Assembly: GCA_046754465.1 (NCBI GenBank)
Contig: JBHHVU010000044.1
Coordinates: 1 to 26,890, forward strand
Direction of reading: 5' to 3'
Length of the DNA: 26,890 nt
Origin: Nitrospinaceae bacterium
Lineage (GTDB): Bacteria > Nitrospinota > Nitrospinia > Nitrospinales > VA-1
Part shown: positions 8,218-16,825 of the stretch, piece after piece
Layout: each line of letters starts with the position of its first letter
How positions within the stretch are numbered: the first letter of the stretch is position 1
The notes under the pieces: model-generated
Seen by the model: only the letters and a program-made list of their open reading frames with translations
The model's database searches: none
What the model was told of the DNA's origin: nothing
Program-made: the position numbers and the translations under genes

Positions 8218-9065
8218 AACTATTGCGATACCAGACCTCCTCCGTTTCCAACGGTCACGGTGTATTGATCGGCCAGTGGGTGTATCCCTTGATCGGAATG
8301 TCCACGACGGAGGCCCTGGATTCGCTGGAGCCGGACACCGAGGCCTGGCGGGAAATTATAAAACAATCCCCCATTCCCCTAGTGGAATGTTCCATTTTAC
8401 CGCCCGTGGAAAATCCCGGCGCGTTTCTGGACTTTTATACCTTTGAGGAGCACGTCCGCGCCTGCCGGCAGAAACGCGGACTGGATGTGGTTCCGGAATG
8501 GTATGAGTTTCCGGTTTGGTACAATGGGTCTCCCCGTTGTTTCAGCGGGGAGGGTTCCACCGTCCGTTTTCCCGGCAACGAAAACAAAAAGGATTTTGAA
8601 TTGGAGCTGGCCATCGTCATCAAGAAACGATGTTTTGCCGTGCGCCCGGACGCGGCGGCGGAGTATATCGGCGGGTACACCATTGTGAACGATTTCAGCG
8701 CCCGGGAACTTCAGGAAAAAATCATGCGCGTCGGGTTGGGTCCTGCCAAGGCCAAGGATTTCAATACGGGACTTGGACCCTGCCTGGTCACCCCCGGGGA
8801 AGTAAAAAATCCGCGCAACCTAAGGATGCGGGCCTGGGTCAATGACGAATTATGGTCGGAAGGAAACAGCGGCGCCTCTCATTTTACCTTTGAGCAGATG
8901 ATCGCGTTCGCGTCGGAATATCAAACCCTCTATCCGGGGGATGTGCTGGCCAGCGGGACCGTGGGGTCCGGGTGTGGCCTGGAGCAAGACCATTTTCTGA
9001 AAGAGGGGGACAAGGTGGTTCTTGAAATCGAAAACATCGGTCGACTGACTCATTGGGTGGAGTGA
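8214..9065 (+). CDS. Fumarylacetoacetate hydrolase family protein
   Basis: LDFYTFEEHV, DFELELAIVI, GYTIVNDFSARELQ, GPAKAKDF, LYPGDVLASGT. GTGA overlap with hppD. Confidence 0.92.
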   Translation: MKLLRYQTSSVSNGHGVLIGQWVYPLIGMSTTEALDSLEPDTEAWREIIKQSPIPLVECSILPPVENPGAFLDFYTFEEHVRACRQKRGLDVVPEWYEFPVWYNGSPRCFSGEGSTVRFPGNENKKDFELELAIVIKKRCFAVRPDAAAEYIGGYTIVNDFSARELQEKIMRVGLGPAKAKDFNTGLGPCLVTPGEVKNPRNLRMRAWVNDELWSEGNSGASHFTFEQMIAFASEYQTLYPGDVLASGTVGSGCGLEQDHFLKEGDKVVLEIENIGRLTHWVE

Positions 9066-9069
9066 TACC

Positions 9070-10239
9070 ATGATTCGATACTTGCGGATGGGAGATGTGC
9101 CCCCCATGCACCATATCGCGCATTATTCGGGGGACCGTCTGTTGCATGAATATAGCTTCACGCGGGAAGGATTCGAGGAGCCTTATTCCATCCTATACCT
9201 TCATCATCCCCCTACCAACGAAGCCCATGGCGAGGTCTATGCCGGGGCTTCCTGGCAGGCTCCCACTCCAAGAAAGGATTGCCTGTTACAGCGAAGGCAT
9301 TTCAGGAGCGGGCTATTCTCAACCCCGAAACATTTTATCGGCGGCCGCACGATTCTGGCTTTCAACGACCATTTGATGTACGGTCTTTGTCATCCGAAAA
9401 CGGAGGAAGACGCATTTTTTGCCAATAACGATGGCGACGAACTGTTTTTTGTTTTCGAGGGAGAACTGCAATTGCAGTCCCTATTCGGTAAAATCGCATT
9501 GACCGCTGGGGATTACCTGATCCTGCCCCGGTCCTGTCCCTACCGGTTTCGTTTTGCCGATGCCCCCCGGCTTTTATTCGTGGAGGCCCGCCAGGGAATA
9601 GGAATTCCCGGCCAGTACTTGAACCCTAAAGGGCAGATTAAAATGGACGCCCCTTATTCCGAGCGGGCTTTTAAAGTTCCGGAATGGGACGCCTCCCTTT
9701 TTGAAAGCGATGGAGTTTCGACCATCATCCGGAAACGGATGGGGGAATTCACCCGGACCGCCTACGGCCGGAATTATTTCCGGATGTCCGGGTGGGATGG
9801 TTACGTTTATCCTTACGCGATCAATCTCCGGGACATCCAACCCAAAACCGGAAGAGTTCACCTGCCCCCCTCCTCGCATTTGACTTTTTCCGGCGGCGGA
9901 TTCGCCGTGATGAGTTTTCTTCCCCGGGTGCTCGATTTCGACGAAAAGGCCGTTCCCTGTCCGTTTTATCATTCTTCCGTCGATTGCGACGAACTGCTGT
10001 TTTATGTTTCCGGAGATTTCACCAGCAGGAAAACCATCGAGCGCGGCTCCATCAGCTACCATCCTTCCGGGATTCCCCACGGGCCGCACCCCGGAGCGTA
10101 CCCGAACTCCATTGGCCTCAAAGAGACCCTGGAACAGGCGGTGATGGTGGACACATTCGCCCCACTCAACCTCACGGAAGAGGGCAAGGCCCTGGAAGAT
10201 CCGGATTATCCAACCAGTTGGAGAGAAGATCCGTCATGA
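9070..10239 (+). CDS. hmgA: Homogentisate 1,2-dioxygenase
   Basis: FFANNDGDELFF, GWDGYVYPYA, GRVHLPPSSH, PFYHSSVDCDELLFYVSGDFTSRK, HPSGIPHGPHPG; adjacent to hppD and FAH. Confidence 0.92.
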   Translation: MIRYLRMGDVPPMHHIAHYSGDRLLHEYSFTREGFEEPYSILYLHHPPTNEAHGEVYAGASWQAPTPRKDCLLQRRHFRSGLFSTPKHFIGGRTILAFNDHLMYGLCHPKTEEDAFFANNDGDELFFVFEGELQLQSLFGKIALTAGDYLILPRSCPYRFRFADAPRLLFVEARQGIGIPGQYLNPKGQIKMDAPYSERAFKVPEWDASLFESDGVSTIIRKRMGEFTRTAYGRNYFRMSGWDGYVYPYAINLRDIQPKTGRVHLPPSSHLTFSGGGFAVMSFLPRVLDFDEKAVPCPFYHSSVDCDELLFYVSGDFTSRKTIERGSISYHPSGIPHGPHPGAYPNSIGLKETLEQAVMVDTFAPLNLTEEGKALEDPDYPTSWREDPS

Positions 10240-10880
10240 CCTCTCAAAGCGATTATTTCAGCATCCATCCCGAGGATTATTTCTGGGTGGAGATTTATCA
10301 TCTGATGAATTCCATTGTCCAACCTCGGCCCATTGCCTGGATAGCCACGGTTTCCGAAAAGGGAACCCACAATCTTTCCCCTTTCAGTTATTTCAATATC
10401 TGCTCGATGAATCCGCCGGTCATTTCCAATTCCATTTTTTTTAACCGGGACGGATCGGAGAAGGACACCTTGAAAAATATTAAGGGCGTGGGAAAATATG
10501 TCGTGGGGACGGTCTCCAGCGAAACCGCCGAAAAAGCCAACCTCAGCTCCGCGCCGTTTGATTCCAATGCGGACGAGTTCATCGAGGCGGGGGTTTCCTA
10601 TGTCGATCGCGGGACGAAGGAACCCCGGCTGATCGCCGAGAGTCCCATCCAATTGATCTGCGAACTCCATCAAACCGTGCCACTGGGGAAGGGCGCCGGG
10701 GTGGGCACCCTGGTTTTGGGCAATGTCCGGGAAATCCTGGTCACCACTCGGTGGGGGCAAAGGGAATGGAAAAAGGGAATCCCCCCCGGCCTCATGAAAA
10801 ACGTCGGCAGGATGGGGGAGGATTATTACGCCCGGACCACCGACCTGTTTCGAATGCCCCGGGCCACGGTTAAAAAATGA
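10236..10880 (+). CDS. Flavin reductase family protein (DIM6/NTAB-like)
   Basis: True start is ATG 10236 (ATGA overlap with hmgA). PRPIAWIATVS...HNLSPFSYFN, KDTLKNI, ESPIQLICEL, VGRMGEDYY. Confidence 0.88.
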   Translation: MTSQSDYFSIHPEDYFWVEIYHLMNSIVQPRPIAWIATVSEKGTHNLSPFSYFNICSMNPPVISNSIFFNRDGSEKDTLKNIKGVGKYVVGTVSSETAEKANLSSAPFDSNADEFIEAGVSYVDRGTKEPRLIAESPIQLICELHQTVPLGKGAGVGTLVLGNVREILVTTRWGQREWKKGIPPGLMKNVGRMGEDYYARTTDLFRMPRATVKK

Positions 10881-10944
10881 GAGATCCCCGGAAAGGCCAG
10901 GGCTTTGCCGGGAGCCGCCGGGAAAGAATCCTTGAACCGATATC

Positions 10945-12126
10945 ATGAAAATTCAGCGGCAACTATCCTTTATATATAGCGCCGTCCGCACCCCGATCGG
11001 GAAATTCAACGGAACATTGTCCCATTTGTCCGCGCCGGAGCTTGGCGCCTGTGCCATTCAGGGAGCCGTGGAGCGCAGCCGAGTACCCGCTGAACAAATC
11101 GATGAGGTGATCCTCGGCAATGTTGTGTCGGCGGGAACCGGACAGGCCCCAGCCAGGCAGGCGGCCCTCCGGGCCGGGCTGCCCGAAAGTGCCGGAGCCA
11201 CCCAGGTCAACAAGGTCTGCGGGTCCGGAATCAAGGCGGTGATACTGGCCGGCCAGGCCATCGCCTTGGGCGAAGCCCGCTTTATTGTCGCCGGGGGAAT
11301 GGAAAGCATGAGCCGCGGACCCTTCATGATCCCACAACTGCGCCGTGGCCGCAAACTGGGAAACCTCGAAATCATCGACAGCCTCCTTCACGATGGGTTA
11401 TGGGATCCCCACGAAAACGGTCACATGGGTGAGCTTTGTGAAAGGCTCGCCGGGAAATTTTGTTTCACCCGTGAAAGTCAGGATGCCTACGCCATAACCA
11501 GTTATACCCGGGCCCGGCAGGCCTGGGAAAAAGGCATTTTTGCCAGGGAAATCGTGGGCGTGGCCGGCCCCACCCGGGACGGCGGACGGGAAATGATCGA
11601 GAAAGACGAACAACCGTTCGCGGATGACCTGGACCGGATGCCTTTCCTGCCGCCGGTGTTTAAAAGGGAAGGCGGAACCATCACCAAGGGAAACGGCGCC
11701 AAGATCAACGACGGAGCCGCGGCCCTGGTCATCGGCAAGGAGATTCCCGGTCTGGTGCCGATCGCTCGAATCGTCGGTTCCGTGACCCACTCCCAGCCGC
11801 CGGCTACGTTTGGCCTTGCCCCGGTGGAAGCCGTAAAAAAGGTGCTTGCCAAATGCGGCCTGGGCATGGATGAGATCGATCTGTTCGAAATCAACGAGGC
11901 CTTCGCGGTGATTTCCCTGGCCGTCAATGATCTCCTGGCGCTGGATCCCCGGAAGGTGAACGTGCATGGCGGATCCATCGCCCTGGGGCATCCCATTGGG
12001 GCCACGGGGGCGAGAATTCTCGTTACACTGATCCATGCCTTGCGCGAAAAAGGGTTGAAGCGCGGCCTGGCCGCATTGTGTATCGGCGGCGGGGAAGCCA
12101 TGGCAACCGTCGTGGAGGTCCTCTGA
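10945..12126 (+). CDS. Acetyl-CoA acetyltransferase (thiolase)
   Basis: RTPIGKF, NKVCGSG (catalytic Cys), GGMESMS, EINEAF, GHPIGATG, LCIGGG. Confidence 0.95.
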   Translation: MKIQRQLSFIYSAVRTPIGKFNGTLSHLSAPELGACAIQGAVERSRVPAEQIDEVILGNVVSAGTGQAPARQAALRAGLPESAGATQVNKVCGSGIKAVILAGQAIALGEARFIVAGGMESMSRGPFMIPQLRRGRKLGNLEIIDSLLHDGLWDPHENGHMGELCERLAGKFCFTRESQDAYAITSYTRARQAWEKGIFAREIVGVAGPTRDGGREMIEKDEQPFADDLDRMPFLPPVFKREGGTITKGNGAKINDGAAALVIGKEIPGLVPIARIVGSVTHSQPPATFGLAPVEAVKKVLAKCGLGMDEIDLFEINEAFAVISLAVNDLLALDPRKVNVHGGSIALGHPIGATGARILVTLIHALREKGLKRGLAALCIGGGEAMATVVEVL

Positions 12127-12162
12127 TTTCAACAGACGCTGCGGGTATTTGAGGGACAAGTT

Positions 12163-14133
12163 ATGGGGGAAATCCTCTGGCAGCCGGGCAGCCGGCAGAT
12201 TCAGCAGTCGAACATGTTCCGGTTCATGCGTGCGGTCAATGAGGAGTTTTCGCTTTCCCTCGAGACCTGGTCCCAGTTTCATCGATGGTCCGTTGAGCAC
12301 CTTTCGGATTTTTGGGAATTTTACAACCGGGTTTCGGGCATCCGGTATCACCGGTTTGCCGAGGAAGTTCTATCTTCCCGAACCATGCCGGGAGCCCGGT
12401 GGTTTTCCGGCGCGAAACTCAATTACGCCGAAAACCTCCTCGGCGGACCCAGTGACAAACCCGCCATCATCAGCAAAACGGAAATCCAACCCCTGAAAGT
12501 GCTGACCTATGGTCAGCTGTCGCGAGCGGTGACGAAATTCGCGGCGGCCCTCCAGAAGGCCGGCCTGCGGTCGGGGGACCGGGTCGCGGGCTACCTCCCC
12601 AACATCCCCGAGACCGTGATTGCCATGCTGGGCGCTTCCGCCATCGGGGCGGTCTGGAGTTCCTGTTCTCCCGATTTCGGCGAAACGGGGGTCCGCGACC
12701 GGTTCGGGCAAATCGAACCCCGGATATTGATCTGTGCCGATGGCTATACCTATAACGGGAAACCCTACACCCTGCTGAATACCATCAATACCCTCGCCAG
12801 GGAAGTGGAAAGCCTGGAGCATATAATAATTGTGCCTTTTCTGGACCGCACCTTCCCAAAAGCGAAGGTCACGTTTCGATCGGTGCATACCTGGGAGGAA
12901 TTTCTGGACCGGGAACCTTCCGGGGAGCTTGAATTTTTCTCGGCGGATTTCAATCATCCCCTATGCATCCTGTATTCCTCCGGCACCACCGGGCTCCCCA
13001 AGTGCATCGTGCACGGGACGGGAGGAACCCTGTTGCAGCACCACAAGGAGCATTCACTGCATACCGGGATCGGGCCCGAGGACGTGGTATTTTATTTCAC
13101 CACCTGTGGATGGATGATGTGGAACTGGCTGGTTTCCGTTCTGGCCCAGAAAGCCACCCTTGTCCTTTATGAAGGATCCCCCGGGTATCCCTCCCTCAAT
13201 GTCCTTTGGGAATTGATCGATGAGGCCGGGATCACCGTATTCGGCACCAGCCCCAAATTTCTGGCGCAAAATCAAAAGCAAAAATTGATTCCCGGGAAAT
13301 TGGACTCCCTTCAATCCCTCCGGGTCATTTTATCCACGGGGGCTCCCTTGGATGAGGAGAGTTTCCGGTGGGTTTACCAACAGGTAAAAGGTGATTTACA
13401 GCTTTCATCCATCAGCGGCGGGACCGACATCATCTCCTGTTTCATGCTGGGCAATCCCATGCTGCCCGTGCGGGCGGGCGAGATTCAATGCATCGGTCTG
13501 GGGATGGATGTGGCGGCCTTGGATGAAAATGGCAGGGCGGTCCTGAACCGGAAAGGAGAATTGGTCTGCCGGTCTCCGGCCCCGTCCATGCCCATTTATT
13601 TTTGGCGGGACCCAGGGGACCGAAAATATAAACAGGCTTATTTCAGCAAAATCCCCGGTGTCTGGCGGCATGGAGATTTCATTGAAATCCGGGACCACGG
13701 GGGAGTCATCGTTTATGGAAGGAGCGACGCCACGTTGAATCCCGGCGGCGTCCGGATTGGGACGGGCGAAATTTACCGCATTGTCGAGAACCTGGATGAA
13801 ATACTGGACAGCCTGGTGATCGGAATCGAGGAAAACCGCGATATCCGGATGATCCTTTTCCTGGTTTTGCCGGAGTCAATGTCATTGAATGATAGCCTGC
13901 TGAAAAAGATTCGAGACGCGATTCGAAAACAGGCTACCCCACGCCACGTGCCCCAGGAAATTTACCAGGTTCGGGAAATTCCGCGGACCCTGAATGGGAA
14001 AAAAGTGGAATTGACGGTTCGGAATATTTTCCAGGGAGAGGCTGTCCAAAACAAGAGCGCGTTGGCCCGTCCGGAATGCCTGGAGGAGTATAGGGCAATA
14101 TATTCCAATCGGTTGGCCATAAAAAACAACTGA
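12163..14133 (+). CDS. Acetoacetate--CoA ligase (acetoacetyl-CoA synthetase)
   Basis: LYSSGTTGLPKCIVHG, FTTCGWMMWNWL, SSISGGTD, GRSDATLNPGGVRIGT, PRTLNGKKVE. Confidence 0.95.
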   Translation: MGEILWQPGSRQIQQSNMFRFMRAVNEEFSLSLETWSQFHRWSVEHLSDFWEFYNRVSGIRYHRFAEEVLSSRTMPGARWFSGAKLNYAENLLGGPSDKPAIISKTEIQPLKVLTYGQLSRAVTKFAAALQKAGLRSGDRVAGYLPNIPETVIAMLGASAIGAVWSSCSPDFGETGVRDRFGQIEPRILICADGYTYNGKPYTLLNTINTLAREVESLEHIIIVPFLDRTFPKAKVTFRSVHTWEEFLDREPSGELEFFSADFNHPLCILYSSGTTGLPKCIVHGTGGTLLQHHKEHSLHTGIGPEDVVFYFTTCGWMMWNWLVSVLAQKATLVLYEGSPGYPSLNVLWELIDEAGITVFGTSPKFLAQNQKQKLIPGKLDSLQSLRVILSTGAPLDEESFRWVYQQVKGDLQLSSISGGTDIISCFMLGNPMLPVRAGEIQCIGLGMDVAALDENGRAVLNRKGELVCRSPAPSMPIYFWRDPGDRKYKQAYFSKIPGVWRHGDFIEIRDHGGVIVYGRSDATLNPGGVRIGTGEIYRIVENLDEILDSLVIGIEENRDIRMILFLVLPESMSLNDSLLKKIRDAIRKQATPRHVPQEIYQVREIPRTLNGKKVELTVRNIFQGEAVQNKSALARPECLEEYRAIYSNRLAIKNN

Positions 14134-14149
14134 ATCGGAGAAAGCGGAA

Positions 14150-15010
14150 TCATTTTTCCGGGAGAACGCCAATTTTCCGCCGTGATTCATCCAGTCCGAC
14201 CCAGAAGGTATAAATGGCATCCAGGGCCTTTCGCCCGCCCTTGAGAAATTTCTTGTAGTTGAAATCGGGCCGGAAGAAAGAGTGTTTCATTTCGTCCAGG
14301 ACATTGTCACCATGGCCCTTTTCACTTTGGAAATGAAACTGGAAAAAATCGAGGGGAATAGCGTCTCCTTCCTGTAACCCATTGGACTTATTGTAAATTT
14401 CGATGCCGGTAATCAATTCCTTCCAGAAATTATTCGATTCCGCCTCGGCACCTTTCCCGATTCCCCAGGCCGCCCAGGTTTCGATGGCGTAACTGGCGCC
14501 GCGTCCGATTTCACATTCCTTGTTTCCATAAGTTTCCTCCAGGCCCTTGATGAAATCCCGGGTGTGTTTGGAAGCGGACTCCCAGGCCCCCAGTTTTTCC
14601 GGATCCAGGTGCAGGGATTTCGCGGTCTCCCGCAGCCAGTTGATGTGAGCCCAGGTGGTTTTGAAAGGCCGGTTTTCCGTTGACCCGTCCGGGTTGATGC
14701 CCACTCCCAGTTCATTGGCCAGAATGTAACGGGCATGGGTTTCCGAGTTCATGTCCGATGCGTTGAGCATTCGCATCAACTGGACCAGGAGGAACCATTT
14801 GGAAAACACCGCGAATTGTTCAAACAGATCGACCAGGTGGTCCCGGTGAATTTCACCTTTTTTAAACCATTGGCAATAGGGATTGCTGATGATGACCGGA
14901 TGCCGGTGGATTTCTTTTTCGACGACGCCCCAAAAATCCTCAAAACTTTTCCGCCGTGGAGCATTCATGATGAACCTCTTGAGCTTAAAGTTTTTGCCCG
15001 AGTTTTCCAT
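14150..15010 (-). CDS. Heme-oxygenase-like (TenA/PqqC/CADD superfamily) putative diiron enzyme
   Basis: Helical protein with the HDO-type ligand pattern: NELG (E)...WAHINWL (H), SYAIETW (E), FHFQSEKGH (H-x3-E-x2-H). The start could be slightly downstream. Confidence 0.75.
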   Translation of the reverse strand: MENSGKNFKLKRFIMNAPRRKSFEDFWGVVEKEIHRHPVIISNPYCQWFKKGEIHRDHLVDLFEQFAVFSKWFLLVQLMRMLNASDMNSETHARYILANELGVGINPDGSTENRPFKTTWAHINWLRETAKSLHLDPEKLGAWESASKHTRDFIKGLEETYGNKECEIGRGASYAIETWAAWGIGKGAEAESNNFWKELITGIEIYNKSNGLQEGDAIPLDFFQFHFQSEKGHGDNVLDEMKHSFFRPDFNYKKFLKGGRKALDAIYTFWVGLDESRRKIGVLPEK

Positions 15011-15620
15011 GCGATGTGGAACCCGCCTTCGTCATGCGGAAAGCGGGAATAAACAATACTCTCCCTTCAATTTTACCGCAGCGCAAGATGCGTGGGGAAA
15101 AAATCTGGGTAGGGCCGGGAGGATAAGGGCGAGACCTCATCCCGTCCGTTTAAAATTAAGTCGTGGATTATCAAGGGATTTGGTCCATGAACTGAGAACA
15201 AAACTTAAATAATCCATCGGTCCGCTTGTCCCTTGAGAACCCCTCCCTATTTCCTCCCCTTCCTGTCACTTCATTTTCTCCGATAACGTTACATACTTGT
15301 GACTTTTCCTTGATCGGTTCGTAATACCAATTTTTTATATTGGAGATGTTACTCAAGGATTCAAGATTTATATCAAAGGGTTTCCAGCAAAGGGAAATCC
15401 CTTGGTCCCTGGGAATCGTTATCCAAACTTTGCAGATGGTTAAGCGTGGGTTGAGCTCCGACGCGTATCTTTCTGTGCTATCCCGCCGGGCTTTCCTCCC
15501 GCCCGGCGGGACCTCCCTTTCCCTTTGAGAGGAGTCCACCGATAGGGACCAGAAATCAGATCGACCGCCGAAAGGGAAAGATTTCGATTTTGTTTCAAAT
15601 CCGGCAACCGAGAGGTGCAT

Positions 15621-16079
15621 GTGAATCCGAAAGAACTTGTTTCCAACTATAAAGGGGCCAGGCAAAAGGCTTTGGAACTGTTGTGGTCGGACATTGAAAA
15701 AGCCCTCCTTCAATCCCCGGAGGTGCAATTGTCCCTGACCAAACTGCAGGCTTTGAACCGGACGCAGGATTCCTCCAAGGGTCATATCATTTTGGACCCG
15801 GAAAAACTTTATGAGTTGTTTGATGAGGAAAAAGAATCCCGGCCAACGGTCCAGAAAGCGGGGACGCCCCTTCAGGCTTTCAAGAAAGTTTCCAGGCAAT
15901 TGAGGGGCTACCTATTTAAATCCCTTCAGACCAACCTGAAATTGATCGAATCTTCAGTCCAGTTGAGCGTGGAAAATGAACGGTTGAAGAGAAAATTGGA
16001 TGTTTTGAATCAGAAGCACAAGCGGACGATGGAGAATATCGAAAAAATTCTCATGAATCTTACCCGCAATCCCAACTGA
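15621..16079 (+). CDS. Hypothetical protein with C-terminal coiled coil
   Basis: GAGG precedes GTG 15621. Protein-like composition with heptad pattern LSVENERLKRKLDVLNQKH. Ends 21 bp before the next gene. Confidence 0.65.
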   Translation: MNPKELVSNYKGARQKALELLWSDIEKALLQSPEVQLSLTKLQALNRTQDSSKGHIILDPEKLYELFDEEKESRPTVQKAGTPLQAFKKVSRQLRGYLFKSLQTNLKLIESSVQLSVENERLKRKLDVLNQKHKRTMENIEKILMNLTRNPN

Positions 16080-16100
16080 TCTTTCCAGGAGGACAATCCC

Positions 16101-16634
16101 ATGAAAGGGTCGGTCCATCAAATTAGAACCCCATTTCTCGAAACAGAGATGGAAATCCAAAACATCTTCCTGTTTTTCCTTTTCCTGGCGTCCTTTTTAA
16201 TAGCCCTGGTGGATGTGACCAAGATTCCCGCGAACGGCCAAACAGAAATGGCCAGGAAACTGGTGGCGGAACTGGAAATGCTTGAATCTCATCCGATGGA
16301 GGACCTCAAGGATCCAGGCATTCATTTCACGCTGGGAAAAGACTACTGGGAACTTGGCAGTTACGATCAGGCCATCAAGCATTTTAAGGAAACCCTCAAG
16401 CTGGATCCCCAAAGGCCCGCGGCCCATTACGATTTGGGTTTGATCTATTATGGTTTGAAAGACGGGGCCAATGCCATCAGACACATGAAAAAGGCCCAGG
16501 AACTTTATCTAGCGCAAAGTGAGGTGGAAGGCTCGGCAAAATCCAGGAAAAAGCTATCCGGATTTTATTCTGAATTCGGTCATCTGCCGGTAAAATCAAA
16601 CGCTTCCCCCATGGCCGCTAAAATCCTGAATTGA
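16101..16634 (+). CDS. Tetratricopeptide repeat protein with N-terminal membrane segment
   Basis: AGGAGG RBS; hydrophobic IFLFFLFLASFLIALV; TPR motifs HFTLGKDYWELGSYDQAIKHFKETLKLDP and AHYDLGLIYY. Confidence 0.85.
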   Translation: MKGSVHQIRTPFLETEMEIQNIFLFFLFLASFLIALVDVTKIPANGQTEMARKLVAELEMLESHPMEDLKDPGIHFTLGKDYWELGSYDQAIKHFKETLKLDPQRPAAHYDLGLIYYGLKDGANAIRHMKKAQELYLAQSEVEGSAKSRKKLSGFYSEFGHLPVKSNASPMAAKILN

Positions 16635-16825
16635 AAGCCAAGGTTGCCGATTTCCAGAATTTTCAAAATATTTAGCCGTTTCCCGCCTGTCCCGAGAAAA
16701 AATTAAGCTTGACTTATTTCGTTTTATGGACTTATGTTTTCCAAGGGAGAAATTTGTTTTGTGTTCATAAAACGTTAGCGGTTAAAACAAGGTGTTTTGA
16801 GTTTCTCCCGCAGGAGGAAAAACCG

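Noticed and set aside
9792..10235. N-terminal extension of ORF 9792-10880
   Set aside because: It overlaps hmgA in another frame. The flavin-reductase-like sequence begins at ATG 10236.
16709..16825. N-terminal extension of kinase 1 from TTG 16709
   Set aside because: The region looks like a promoter (TTGACT-N18-TATGTT). The RBS and the length of the paralog favour GTG 16826.
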